From: Ostreococcus lucimarinus
Taxonomy: Eukaryota
DNA length: 64,000 nucleotides
Reading direction: 5' to 3' (one strand)
Assembly: GCA_000092065.1 (NCBI GenBank)
Contig: CP000587.1
The notes under the pieces were generated by a model. The model saw only the letters and a program-made list of their open reading frames with translations. It was not told where the DNA came from and ran no database searches. Positions 49,876-60,300 of this stretch are shown piece by piece; within the stretch, counting starts at the first letter, position 1, and every line of letters begins with the position of its first letter. The position numbers were made by a program, and so were the translations under genes.

Positions 49876-50559
49876 TTAAAGGTATGGATTCCGCGGTTTC
49901 GCCGTCAAAGCGACGCCGTCCAAGGCGCGCTTCAAATCTTCCTCGAATCCTTGCTCCAGAGGATCTCCCGGGCCGTACCTGCGAAGGACTCGGCCATCGC
50001 GACCGACTAAAAACTTGGTGTAATTCCAAGGAATTTCTCCGTCGAACGGCGGTCTCTTTAAAAACTCGTACACCGGCGATTGCTTCGCCGAACTCGTGAC
50101 GTCGTCCACCAACGGCGCCGTCAAAACCGCATCCGGATCATCCTTGAATTCCTCGTACGACGCCGGATCGATTCCTTTGCACCTGACCGGTTTAGCCTTG
50201 ACCGCGATTTTATCCATCACCGGAAACGTATCGACGCCGAATTTCTTATACGCGTACGCGCGTTCCATCTCGCTCGTTCCCGGCGCTTGGCACCCGAACT
50301 GATTCGCGGGAAACGCGATGATTTCAAACCCCCTATCGCGATACGTCTCATACATCCGCCTCAGCGCTGGGTAGTTGCTGTTCACCAGAGGTCACTCGCT
50401 CGCCACGTTGACGACGACGCTCACTTTGCCCCGATACGCCGCCAGCGGCGTCGGTTTCCCGTACTGCATCACCGTGAGATCGTACAACGACTCGGGCGAC
50501 TCCGCCGCGCGCGCCGGCGTCACCGTCACCATCGCCGCGAGCGTCGCGACGCGCGCCAT
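49876..50559 (-). CDS. GPX: Glutathione peroxidase with in-frame TGA (predicted selenocysteine) at the catalytic position; N-terminal signal/transit peptide
   Basis: ORF 50392..50784(-) ends ...GKVSVVVNVASE at a TGA (50392-50394). ORF 49876..50385(-) continues in the same frame as PLV-NSNYPALRRMYETYRDRGFEIIAFPANQFGCQAPG...WNYTKFLVGRDGRV. The concatenation aligns without a gap to GPX VNVAS[QK][CU]GLTNSNY...FPCNQFGGQEPG...KWNFTKFLVD. Proposed start is MARVATLAAM at 50559. Confidence 0.75.
50392..50394 (-). other. In-frame UGA codon, predicted selenocysteine, in the GPX active site
   Basis: It sits at the exact Cys/Sec position of the VNVAS-x-[C/U] motif. The read-through frame is conserved for 165 further codons. 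Confidence 0.7.
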
Positions 50560-50786
50560 CGCCCGTCGTCGCGTCGTCGTCGCGTCGTCGTCGTAAGCAT
50601 CGTCGACGGTTACCGCGACACCCCTACCGTTCGTCGCGCGCGTCGTCGTCGCCGTCGCGCGCGCTCGCCTCGTCGTCGCGCGCGTCGTCGTCATCGTCCG
50701 CGTCGCGCCCGCGCGCGCGGCCGTCGTCGACATGAATCGCCGCGCCGGCGCACCTCCGCGCGTCACAGAGTGTCGCGTCCGCATCC

Positions 50787-51785
50787 ATGTCGGCGCGCGC
50801 GTTCGCGTTCGCGTCGGCGTCGCGCGCGCAGCCGACGCGCGCGCTCGCGCGCCGTCGCGACGCGCGGAGACGCGCGTCGAACGCCGACGGCGCGTCGTCC
50901 TGGACCGTCGTCGTCGATCGCGCGTCGTCGCGCTTCGGCAGCGACCTGCTCGTCGAGCGCGTGTCGAGCGACTGCCCGAACGCCGCGTTCGCGGGCGCGC
51001 TGGTGCTGACGCGCGCGGACGCGCCCGACGCGGTGCTGAGCGAACGACGAGACGACGGACGCGAGTCGCGGTCGGGACGCGCGGTCGGGCGAGGCGGGGT
51101 GTTCGACGCGTTCGCGACGCTGCCGGCGACGCTCGAGGGCGAGGCGAGACGAGGGAAGAAGACGATCGGAATATTAGGCCTGGGGGCGGGCACGTGCGCG
51201 GAAATCATGGCGGGACATCACGACGACGTGGACATGATCGGGTGGGAGCTGGATCCAGCCATCGTGGAACTGGCGAGACGACACTTCGCGGTGGGGGATT
51301 TGGAACGCGAGGGGAGGTTGCGCGTCGTCACGGGGGACGCGTTCGAGGGGTGCGCGCGGAGCGAGATCGAGTTCGATGGACTCATCGTCGATTGTTTCGA
51401 TGAGAATTCAGTCGTGGTGGCGTGTTTGAAGGATAAAGCGACGTGGGAGGCGTTGGCGGCGCGACTGAAACCGGGCGGTCGCGTCGTGGCCAACGTGAGC
51501 ACGGGACGAGGGAAAGGCGCGAAGCTGGACGACGCCATCGCGTGCGCGCAGGCGCTCGCGGACGCGACGTCGGATGAAGTCACGATTTGGCGCGCGGGGG
51601 CGTGTTCGATATGGAACGAGCTCATTTTGAGCGGGCCCGAGGTGAATTGGCGTCGCGTCGCGGACGAGTACGGCGATTTCGCGAGTTTGACAAAGGATTG
51701 GTTTTACTTTAAAAAGCCAGCGGACGCGGCTTCCGGCGCGCCGTGGCTCGCGAAAACGCTCGGGGTAGACAACGATAGCGCATAG
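50787..51785 (+). CDS. Spermidine-synthase-like (PABS-fold) SAM-dependent transferase with N-terminal transit-peptide-like extension
   Basis: ILGLGAGTCAEIM...IGWELDPAIVELARRHF...LRVVTGDAFEG...FDGLIVDCFD matches the spermidine/spermine-synthase-like Rossmann layout. Confidence 0.55.
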   Translation: MSARAFAFASASRAQPTRALARRRDARRRASNADGASSWTVVVDRASSRFGSDLLVERVSSDCPNAAFAGALVLTRADAPDAVLSERRDDGRESRSGRAVGRGGVFDAFATLPATLEGEARRGKKTIGILGLGAGTCAEIMAGHHDDVDMIGWELDPAIVELARRHFAVGDLEREGRLRVVTGDAFEGCARSEIEFDGLIVDCFDENSVVVACLKDKATWEALAARLKPGGRVVANVSTGRGKGAKLDDAIACAQALADATSDEVTIWRAGACSIWNELILSGPEVNWRRVADEYGDFASLTKDWFYFKKPADAASGAPWLAKTLGVDNDSA

Positions 51786-51826
51786 CAAATACATTGTACA
51801 TTATTATAGAAACAACACGAATACAA

Positions 51827-52499
51827 TCAATCAAAGTCGCCGAAGACGCTTTGAATCGCCGCCTTCGTCAAACCATCCGGCGTGTGCGTCGCGCGAAATC
51901 CCGCTCGAATCGCCGCCTCAACGTTCCGCTCGTCGTCGTCGAACAACACCACGGTACCCCTAAACTTTTCCCACGCGTCTTCACCGTACTTTTCGCGCAA
52001 AAGTTCCTCTATTTGTCTATTCTTCCCGCCCTCGACCGCGCACCCATCCTTCACGCCGACGCGACTCGGCGTCGAAATGTCCGCTCGCGTCATCGCCCCC
52101 TCGCCCAACACGCGATCGACGTACGCTTGTATGACCGCATACTTGCCAAAACTCGTTATTTTCACATCCATCCCTCGTCGATTCGCGTACTCTGTCGCCC
52201 GCGCCGTCGTCGCGTCCGTCAGTCGTCTCGTCGTCGTCGTCGCGTCCGTCGACCGCGCGCGCGCTCGACCGCGGCTTCGAATCTCGCGGTCGAGCCTCTT
52301 CGTCTCTCGTCGCACCTAAAAACGCTCGAAAGCACTCGACGTCGACGAACTCTCGCTCGACGTCGCGCAGCTCGAGCGCCTCGACGCGCTCGACCGTGAC
52401 GCGCTCGGCGAACGAGTGCCGCGCGAGGACGGTGAGATCGAAATCGACGCACGCCAGGCGCGCGTCGCCGGACGCGGGCGCCGCGTCGTCGCGCGCCAT
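51827..52499 (-). CDS. MDP1: Magnesium-dependent phosphatase-1 (MDP-1, HAD superfamily), 2 exons: 52316..52499 and 51827..52191
   Basis: Exon 1 is MARDDAAPASGDARLACVDFDLTVL...ECFRAFL(g|GTGCGA), with the HAD DxDxT motif matching VFDLDYTLW. The intron ends gcgacag|. Exon 2 is ag-YANRRGMDVKITSFGK...TVVLFDDDERNVEAAIRAGFRATHTPDGL (human MDP1 [27 protein letters not shown]). The spliced length of 182 aa compares with 176 aa in human. Confidence 0.6.
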
Positions 52500-52647
52500 C
52501 GGTCGCGTCGCGCGATGTCGCGTCGCCGACGTCGCGTCGCGTCCAACACCATCGCGTCGTCGATCGGCATCGGCAGAGCGCGACGACGCGATGGACTCGG
52601 ACTCGCGACGCGGCGACGCGGCGCGCGCGCGATCGACGCGCGGCGCG

Positions 52648-53574
52648 ATGCGCGGCGCGCTCGCGGCGCTCGTCGGCGCGCTCGCGGCGTCGCGCATCGC
52701 GCGCGCTTCGTCGCAGGGTGTTGAGACACCGCCGCTGAACGCGCACGTGAGCGCGCGCGCGCGCGTCGCGAGCGCGGGAATGGACCCGAACATCGAGGCG
52801 ACGGCGGCGGCGTGGTTCGCGAATCTCGGGTTCCGCGTCCTCGAGGGCGCGACGGCGACGACGCGGGGCGCGTGGGGAGGGACGGCGCGCGAGAGCGACG
52901 CGCGGTTCGCGACGTCGTATTGCCTGGACGCGAGCACGAACACGAGCGCGCTGGAGGATTACGATTTCGTCGGGTGGTTGCCGGTGTCGAACGCGATCGA
53001 GGACGTCATGAGCGATCGCGTCGACTTTAAGGTGGTGCTGTTCGAAACGATGGCGACGGAGTGGTGGGAGCACGCGAGGACGCGAGCGGAGAGCGCGAAG
53101 GCGCTGGGAGACGCGTGCGGATGCGGCGCGGGGGCGACGCGGTCGACGGCGTCGACGTGTGGGAACGAGGATTATCATTATTGCGATATTTATCCGTGCG
53201 TGTGGGAGCGCGCGTTCGGGAGCGCGACGCCGGACGAGGAGACGTGGAAGACCAAGTACATCGAGCGCGTGCGCGAGATCAAATCCGCCGCGCCGCCGGG
53301 GCGTTTATTGACGATACCGATGACCGCCGCCCCGGTCGGGCACGCCACCGCGGTGAAGATATCGAAACTCATAGCGCAGTTCCTCGAGATCACGGACGAT
53401 CTCGACGCCTTCGGCGAGGCGTACCCGTTCCTTCGTCGCGATTTGAACGGCGTCGCGCTCAGCAACGTCTCCATCGCGTGGGTCGCGTTCGTCGTCGTCG
53501 CCAGCGCGTACATCGGTTTCTTCGCCAACAAGAGCGATCCGGCGAGGCGATTCGTGCGTCGGCACATCTGTTAG
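52648..53574 (+). CDS. Hypothetical type-I membrane/secreted protein (signal peptide, Cys-containing ectodomain, C-terminal TM helix)
   Basis: MRGALAALVGALAASRIARA is signal-like. C-terminal VSIAWVAFVVVASAYIGFF is TM-like. No family assignment. The ORF starts at 52396, but the start must lie beyond the divergent MDP-1 exon 1. Confidence 0.4.
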   Translation: MRGALAALVGALAASRIARASSQGVETPPLNAHVSARARVASAGMDPNIEATAAAWFANLGFRVLEGATATTRGAWGGTARESDARFATSYCLDASTNTSALEDYDFVGWLPVSNAIEDVMSDRVDFKVVLFETMATEWWEHARTRAESAKALGDACGCGAGATRSTASTCGNEDYHYCDIYPCVWERAFGSATPDEETWKTKYIERVREIKSAAPPGRLLTIPMTAAPVGHATAVKISKLIAQFLEITDDLDAFGEAYPFLRRDLNGVALSNVSIAWVAFVVVASAYIGFFANKSDPARRFVRRHIC

Positions 53575-53679
53575 CGCCCGTCCAGACTTAGTCCATAGCA
53601 CGAATGTCCATAGCACGCTCGCGCGTCGACGCGCGCGACCAAACCAAACTCAACTTCCGAAGCGCCGCACACGTCGACG

Positions 53680-55242
53680 ATGCCCGACGACGGCGCGCGC
53701 GCGGCGGACCACGCGCGAGGGCAGCGAAAGCTCGATGAGTTTCGACGACACAAAGCCGAGGCCAAGGCGCGGTCGAGCGAGGACGCGCGCGCGACGCGCG
53801 ACGACGAGAAGGCTGCGCCGAGCGAGGCTGCGGAGAAAAAACACGACGACGTCGCCGTCGTCAAGCAAAAGCTCGTCAAGGCGGTGAAAAAGGGGAAAGC
53901 GATCGAGGCGGAGCGAGACGCGGCGCGCGCGCGCGCGGAGGCGGCGGAGGAGGCGCGGGATGCGCTGATGAAGGAGTTGGAGGTGGTCAAGGCGGAGACG
54001 GGGGAACGAGCGGCGGCGCGAGAGGAAGCGGAAGTCATGCGAGAGCAGTTGAAACGAAACGCGGAGGCGTTGGCGTACGCGAATGATGAATCACGCGAGG
54101 CGGCGGATGCGGCGCGCGCGGTCGCGAAGAAAATGGAGGAAGAGCTAGAGACGTTGCGCGCGGCGCTGCGGGAGGCGACGGCGGGCGCGGAGAAGGCGTC
54201 GCGAGGCGAGGAAGAAATCTCAAAGCTTCGAGAAGCGCTGCGAGAGGCGAGCGAAGGCAAAGCGTCGGCGGAAAAGCAAGCCGAGTCGTTCAAGCGCGCG
54301 GCGGAACAGACGACGAGTGGGGCGGAATCTAGGGTGTTGGAATTGAACGCCGAACTCGACGCCAAGTCGACGAAATTATCCAGTCTCGAGGCGGAACTTC
54401 TGGCGCTGTCGAGCGCGGCCGAAGACGAAAAGTCTGCGTTGGCGGCTGAAAATATTCGGCTGGCGAGTAAATTAGATGAGGGCCGGTTGGCGCTCGAAGA
54501 GGTGGAAAAGGAGAAGGAGATGTATCTCGCGGAATGCGAAAGAGTGTTGCAGCAAAACGAACAACACGAGCGAATGGCGGAAGAGTTGAAGCAACGATTG
54601 AGGGAGTCCGAGATGAAAGCAGAGGCACACGCCGATGAGATGAGTTCACTCAAGACATCCCAGGACGCGAACAAAGCCGTCGCCGAGGCAGAAAAACGCA
54701 TCGCCGAAGCGCAATCGCAATTGGCGATGGTACAAGATGACGCGAGCCACATGCAAGCGGCGGCGGAATCGCAGGCGAAGGAACTCCGTACGAAGATCCA
54801 AAGTCTGGAAGCGCAAATCCAAAGTTTGGAAGTGGCGTTGCAAGCGCAACGAGCGACGCCGACGCCACCGAGCGCTACCGACGAATCCATCGGACTACGC
54901 CAAGAGTTAGATTCGGCGAATCAACAAATTAAGCAGCTTCAGAGTTTGCTCTCGGACGCTCGCGCAAGCCAAGCCGCCTCGAGTTCCTTCACGAACAAAA
55001 AGAACGAAGACTTCGCGGACACAGATATCGAGGGCGCAGTTCTCACGGGCGGCTCATACGCATTCGTCCCGCTTCAAAATCAGATGAAGTCGTTGACAAA
55101 CGCGCCGATGCTCCACCACCCGATTGCGCTGGAAGTTGCGAGTAACTTTGACAGAGCATCTGTGTACTTGCAACGACGACCGTTCGTCCGTCTTGCGCTT
55201 TCCGTGTACGTCTTCATTCTGCACTTGATCATTTTGTTTTAA
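53680..55242 (+). CDS. Tail-anchored coiled-coil protein (golgin-84/CASP-like)
   Basis: ~450 aa of heptad-rich E/A/K/L sequence followed by a single C-terminal TM segment (RPFVRLALSVYVFILHLIILF) that ends the protein. Confidence 0.5.
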   Translation: MPDDGARAADHARGQRKLDEFRRHKAEAKARSSEDARATRDDEKAAPSEAAEKKHDDVAVVKQKLVKAVKKGKAIEAERDAARARAEAAEEARDALMKELEVVKAETGERAAAREEAEVMREQLKRNAEALAYANDESREAADAARAVAKKMEEELETLRAALREATAGAEKASRGEEEISKLREALREASEGKASAEKQAESFKRAAEQTTSGAESRVLELNAELDAKSTKLSSLEAELLALSSAAEDEKSALAAENIRLASKLDEGRLALEEVEKEKEMYLAECERVLQQNEQHERMAEELKQRLRESEMKAEAHADEMSSLKTSQDANKAVAEAEKRIAEAQSQLAMVQDDASHMQAAAESQAKELRTKIQSLEAQIQSLEVALQAQRATPTPPSATDESIGLRQELDSANQQIKQLQSLLSDARASQAASSSFTNKKNEDFADTDIEGAVLTGGSYAFVPLQNQMKSLTNAPMLHHPIALEVASNFDRASVYLQRRPFVRLALSVYVFILHLIILF

Positions 55243-55276
55243 TACAACGAATTGGCGAGGCCTAGCGACTAAAATT

Positions 55277-56869
55277 CTATTCATCCCCGACGCACTTGGC
55301 TTGACGATTCCTGATGGCGAGGCGACATTGCTCAACCTCCAAAGGACATTCGTCTTCACCATCCCACCCACCGATGAGCGCTATGAGCATATCAACGGGA
55401 GGTAACGGCTGTAAAGCTTCGATCCAGCGTTCGTTGCGCGCACGTTTGGCTCTTACTCGACGCTGAGCATTCTCCTTCACGTCTCTTTCGAGTTGCTGTT
55501 CTCGCGAGCGAAGAAAGAGCTTTGGAAGTCGATCGGCCTCAGCCGTCATGATTTCCTCCCTCGTGCGTTCCCTCGCACCGGTCGAAGACTTGAAATTGCT
55601 CACGACCACGGCGACTTCACGAATCTTGTCCGTCGTGCGTTTTCCCACGGTGAGTAAAGCGAGCTCGGTGGCCTTTTTGGTCAGGACGTCTTCCGCGGTT
55701 TCCGACGTCGCGTCTTCGAACTTTACAGGGAAAGCAGCGCTCTTAGAGTACTGCACTGACGTTCCTTCGATGGCCATCTTCACCGTGAGCGTCGAGGGCC
55801 AGCGCTCCGTGTATGCCTGATGCACTTTGATGGTGGAGTACAAGTCGCGCGCGCGCGCGCCGAGAGTGAGCCCAATTCTCTCTCGTTCGCCGCACGTCAA
55901 TGGATTGTACCATCCCGCTGGTCCACCCGTGACACCGACGTCGCTACCTACGTTTTTTGGTAACGGCTTTGGTACCATCGTGAGCGTCATCGAAGAGCTG
56001 AGCGTATTCTTTTCGTGCACCTTGTGCACGACTTCAGAGTCGTCGACGCCATGCGCGGCTTTGCACAAAGCCAGCGCCCTTTCGCGCGTGAGTCCTACGA
56101 GCGCCTCCAACCGCTTCGCGTTTAGCTCGCGAACATCCCAAGCGGTGCGTAAATTATGCAACGCGAGGTTCCTACGAATCAAAGGTTCGTTGCACTTTGG
56201 CAAATGCGAACTCGGCAGTTGGCGAAAGCATCTTTCGAGATCGGCTTCGTCTTCAATGACGACGACACCGTTCGGTTTCGCTAACTTCGAAGCGATTTTC
56301 GCCAACATCTTGTTTCGCGCGACGCCGACGGACACGCTGTACCCGCACTCTTCCGCGATCGCTCGACGTATGGATTCCGCAAACGCCTTTCCTCGCTGGG
56401 ATGGCTTGGCACCGTTTTCGAGCTGCACGTACGCCTCGTCCACGGACGCTCTTTGATAAATCAGCGTGCCACCGTCGACCCGCAACCGTTCACACGCAGC
56501 GTACAGCTTCGCGTGCAATTCGTACGAAGCGCGCGTGTACGGCTCGTAACTCAACATGTGATCGTCCGTCGAGTGCACGTGCACCACCTCGCCGCCGTGC
56601 GGCGTCAACAACGCCCGACACTTGTCCGGATTCATGTGTTTCGTCGCCCCTAACTCCCGCGCGCGATGATCGACGCATATGATATCCCCATGCTGCCGCA
56701 CCGCCACCGGCACGTCTCTCAACCTCGGATTCCTTTGTTTCTCCACCGCCGCGAAAAACGCGTCCGCGTCCACGTGCGCGACGCATCGTCCTCGTCGTTT
56801 CGACGTCGGTCTTTCCCCCCCGAACCCGTCGTCGGTCGCGCCCTTTTCTTGACTTCCTCGCGTGCGCAT
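55277..56869 (-). CDS. POLH: Y-family translesion DNA polymerase, Pol eta-like
   Basis: VAHVDADAFFAAVEKQRNPRLRDVPVAV and ASVDEAYVQLE are the Y-family catalytic D/E motifs. Little-finger-like C-terminal region. Confidence 0.75.
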   Translation of the reverse strand: MRTRGSQEKGATDDGFGGERPTSKRRGRCVAHVDADAFFAAVEKQRNPRLRDVPVAVRQHGDIICVDHRARELGATKHMNPDKCRALLTPHGGEVVHVHSTDDHMLSYEPYTRASYELHAKLYAACERLRVDGGTLIYQRASVDEAYVQLENGAKPSQRGKAFAESIRRAIAEECGYSVSVGVARNKMLAKIASKLAKPNGVVVIEDEADLERCFRQLPSSHLPKCNEPLIRRNLALHNLRTAWDVRELNAKRLEALVGLTRERALALCKAAHGVDDSEVVHKVHEKNTLSSSMTLTMVPKPLPKNVGSDVGVTGGPAGWYNPLTCGERERIGLTLGARARDLYSTIKVHQAYTERWPSTLTVKMAIEGTSVQYSKSAAFPVKFEDATSETAEDVLTKKATELALLTVGKRTTDKIREVAVVVSNFKSSTGARERTREEIMTAEADRLPKLFLRSREQQLERDVKENAQRRVRAKRARNERWIEALQPLPPVDMLIALIGGWDGEDECPLEVEQCRLAIRNRQAKCVGDE

Positions 56870-56876
56870 GTCGTTT

Positions 56877-57269
56877 TTACGGCGTCGATTGATACATCCC
56901 GATCATGTGGCCGTCCGGCGTTCGCACGCACGCCACCGCGCCGTGCGTCTCGTACTGAATCTTCCCGTCCAATCGTCCTCCCAGCGTCAGCGCCGCGTTC
57001 ACGCGCGTCTGCACGTCGTCCACCTCGAAGTGCAATATCGGCGTGTACCCCGTCTGCAGCTGCGATTCGTGCTCGGCGCGTTGCAGCGCGAGCGTCGGCG
57101 CGTTTCCCGTCGTCGAATCCGCACCGCGCGAATCGAGCGCGAGTTCGGCGAACGTTTCCGTGCAGACGGCGATTCGGAGACCGAGGGCGCGCTCGTAGAA
57201 GGCGGCGGCGCGCGGGACGTCGCGCTGGAGGAGCAGGATCTGGCGCAGCGACGGGAACGCGCGCGTCAT
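56877..57269 (-). CDS. VOC (glyoxalase/bleomycin-resistance fold) family protein
   Basis: LLLQRDVPRAAAFYERALGL...FEVDDVQ...GGRLDG...VACVRTPDGHMIGMYQ is the beta-alpha-beta(3) pattern of glyoxalase-I-like proteins. Confidence 0.6.
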   Translation of the reverse strand: MTRAFPSLRQILLLQRDVPRAAAFYERALGLRIAVCTETFAELALDSRGADSTTGNAPTLALQRAEHESQLQTGYTPILHFEVDDVQTRVNAALTLGGRLDGKIQYETHGAVACVRTPDGHMIGMYQSTP

Positions 57270-57348
57270 CGACGGACGGCGTGTGGCGCGCGGCGCGAGC
57301 GCGAAGATCGATCGAGGCGTCGGGACGCGGCCGTCGTAAAACTACAAA

Positions 57349-60300
57349 CTAAAATAGACCCGCGAGCTCGGTGTCGGCCTGCGCGAGCTCGATGAGCAAA
57401 TCGTCGTCGAAGAATTTACTCACGGTGACGTCTTCGGACATGCCCTTGCGACGACGCGTCTTGACCATGAACTCGCGAGCGAGGTGAGGGACGGGGGCGG
57501 GTTCGAGGGGACGCAACACGACGGTCTTGTCGAGAGGATCGCCCGGAACGACGGCCCAGTGGTCGAAGTAGGACTGACCGAAGGCTTGGCCTTGGGTGTG
57601 GTAGCGCAGGTCGGTCTCGAAACCAAAGGTTTCGATGGCGGGGATGAGCGCCTTGACGGTGTACACGGGGGTGCCAGGTTTTGGGGCATCGCTGACGACG
57701 TGTCCGCGACGTTTACTGAGCACGGTGTAGATGGCGCTCATGCAATCGGCGGGAGATTGGATCTCAACTTCGTAAATGGGCTCCATCAATCGCGGAGTGG
57801 CCATGAGGAAGGCGCTGTACGCGCAGCGACGCGCGGTGGGGATGATTTGCCCGCCCCCTCGCTGAAGCGGGGCGTCGGCGACGACGGCGTCTAAAATTTT
57901 GAACTTGACCTCGCGGATAGGCTCATCGCACAGCGGACCCTCGCGCGTGCCCCACTGGAATCCTTGTACAACGGAGTCACGAATCGCCGCAAGCAATCCT
58001 TTGTCGACTTCGGACGGCAAAGTGTCGTCCAACAACGCGTTGGGGCCGGCCGCGTCGGGGCCAAACGCCCAGACACTCTTCGCAGCGAGCGCGTCCCACT
58101 CGTACTCTGACTTGAAGAAATCGCTCACCTGTTTCTTCGGCGCACTCAAATTGACTTTGCCGGTCTCGATATCTCGCGCAAGTCCCTTGTCGAGGGGCTC
58201 GGCGATCATCGTGAGTTTGTTCTTTTTGTTCGGCGTCTCCGCGTAGCACTTGAGCGAGCTCGTCTCCACGACGGTTTCGTTAAAGCAAACCACAGGATCA
58301 CTCACCTTGACCTCGATTTCGCTGTACATTTCTCGGAGATCCTTCATTACGCTATCTAAAAACAACTCCCCCGTGCCCATGATTGTGTGTTCGCCGCTTT
58401 CCTCAACCTTGGTCACGCAGGCGGGGTAGGATTTGGTAATCTTGCGTAAACCTTCAACCATTTTCGGCAAGTCGCTCGGGTTGAGAGGCTCCGCAGCGAT
58501 CTTCATCACCGATTTGTTATCGAACTCTAACGGTTTGAAAGCGTACAAGTCGTCGTCGTACCCTTTCGGCATCTTCTCCGGTACCAACGTGGCAGTTGTG
58601 GTGATGCTTTGGTCTATGCCTTCGATGAGGACCCAAGCGCCCGCGCGCGCTTCCTTGATGGGAATACGATAACGCGCTTCATATATCCACATATTCGTCA
58701 CATTCTTCACCACGCTGTCTTCTTCGTCATCTGGGGAGAAGTTTTCGCCGAGAACACGAACGCGATCGTTCTTCCTAAGCGTCCCGCACATCACGCGACC
58801 GAGCGCGTCGAACGCCGAGCAATCGCTTTTTGGGATGAGTTTGGAAACCATCACCACGGCTGGTGCGTCCGGGTCACACGCCCGCATTGCATCGACGAGT
58901 TTGCCACCGTTCTTTACCGGGCCGCTGTAAGCGCGCTCAATCTTCATAGCCGCGCCTTCTTCCGCCGTCGGGATGTGTGCGGCGAGCATATCCGCCAGCC
59001 CAGACGCGGCGCCGAAAATCTTCTGGCACGTCATCTTGAGCAGCGGCTTCGTGTTTGCTTTCGTCTCCTTTGGCTTCAGTTTGATGCCAAATTCCTTCAA
59101 CTTATCAGACACGCTGTCAATAGTTTCACCGACAACTTGGCTGAAAACTTTGTACAACGGTTCGAGGATGAACTGCACGAAGGTGCGCTCGCCGCCGCCC
59201 GGCGGTGGCTTCTTCTTGAACATCCGCGTATCGCCGTGATAATACACATCGCCCCACATCCTCTTTGCGAACTCCTTATGATCGACTAACACGCCGTTCA
59301 CATCGACGTAGAGTTTGGCGAACGATTCTAAGGTGAAACTAAATCCGTACAAAGCGCTCCCAAAGCAAACCTTGCCGTTTTCCGGACTCACCGTCGGCAG
59401 AGCTCCGTCGGCGTCTGGTGTGTAAAACGTCTCGATCAAGCCGTTGATTTCTTCGATCGTGTGACGGAGCTTGTGATAGGCATCCGCGGGCGGAAGCTTG
59501 AGCTCGACAATCAAGCGATCAATCTTCGATATGAAGACGCACACGGGCAAACCGTCTCGCGCCGCGTGCTTGATTTGTCGCGTCGTCGAAGTCATAACAC
59601 CTTCGCACGCATCGACGACAAGCAACACTCCATCCGCCAACCGCATCGATGCCGTCACTTCATCGCTAAAATTCACGTGTCCTGGCGTATCCATGACGTT
59701 AAACACCATCGTCTTCCCTCGACTCGTCTGCAACGGCAGCGTCATCGGCGTCGACTTGAGCGAAATCCCTCTCGCCTGCTCATCCATCCTCGTATCCGTG
59801 TACCTCAGCTGCTTATCGTTCGCCAGCCAGTCATAATTCACGTCGTGCGAACACTCGAGCAGCATGTCAAACAGCGTCGTTTTCCCGTGATGCAAATGTC
59901 CCGCCACGCACACGTTGCGTCCCATTCTTCGCGACTCCCCGTGCAAGCCCACCAGGAACTCCTCGCTCACCTTCATGGCGACCTCCGCGTCTTGCGACTG
60001 CACTTGCGCCCCCACGCTTCCTCCCACGTATCTCTGTCCCGCGGCTTCGATGTTCTTCACCTTTACCGGCGCCACGATGGGCGTCTCGAGCGCCTGCGCG
60101 TCTTCGTTCTCCACGAGCGTCTCCGTGCCCTCCCCGTACACCTCCTCGGCGGTCGGGTAGTACTTTTTATCCTCCGCGAGCGTGATCGCGGACGCGTTCA
60201 AGTCATCATCGTCCATCGCGTCGTCCTCGCTCGCGTCGGACGCGTCGTGGGCGTCCTCGCGCGCGGCGTTCGTCGCCGCCGCCGCGCGATCGTCCCGACT

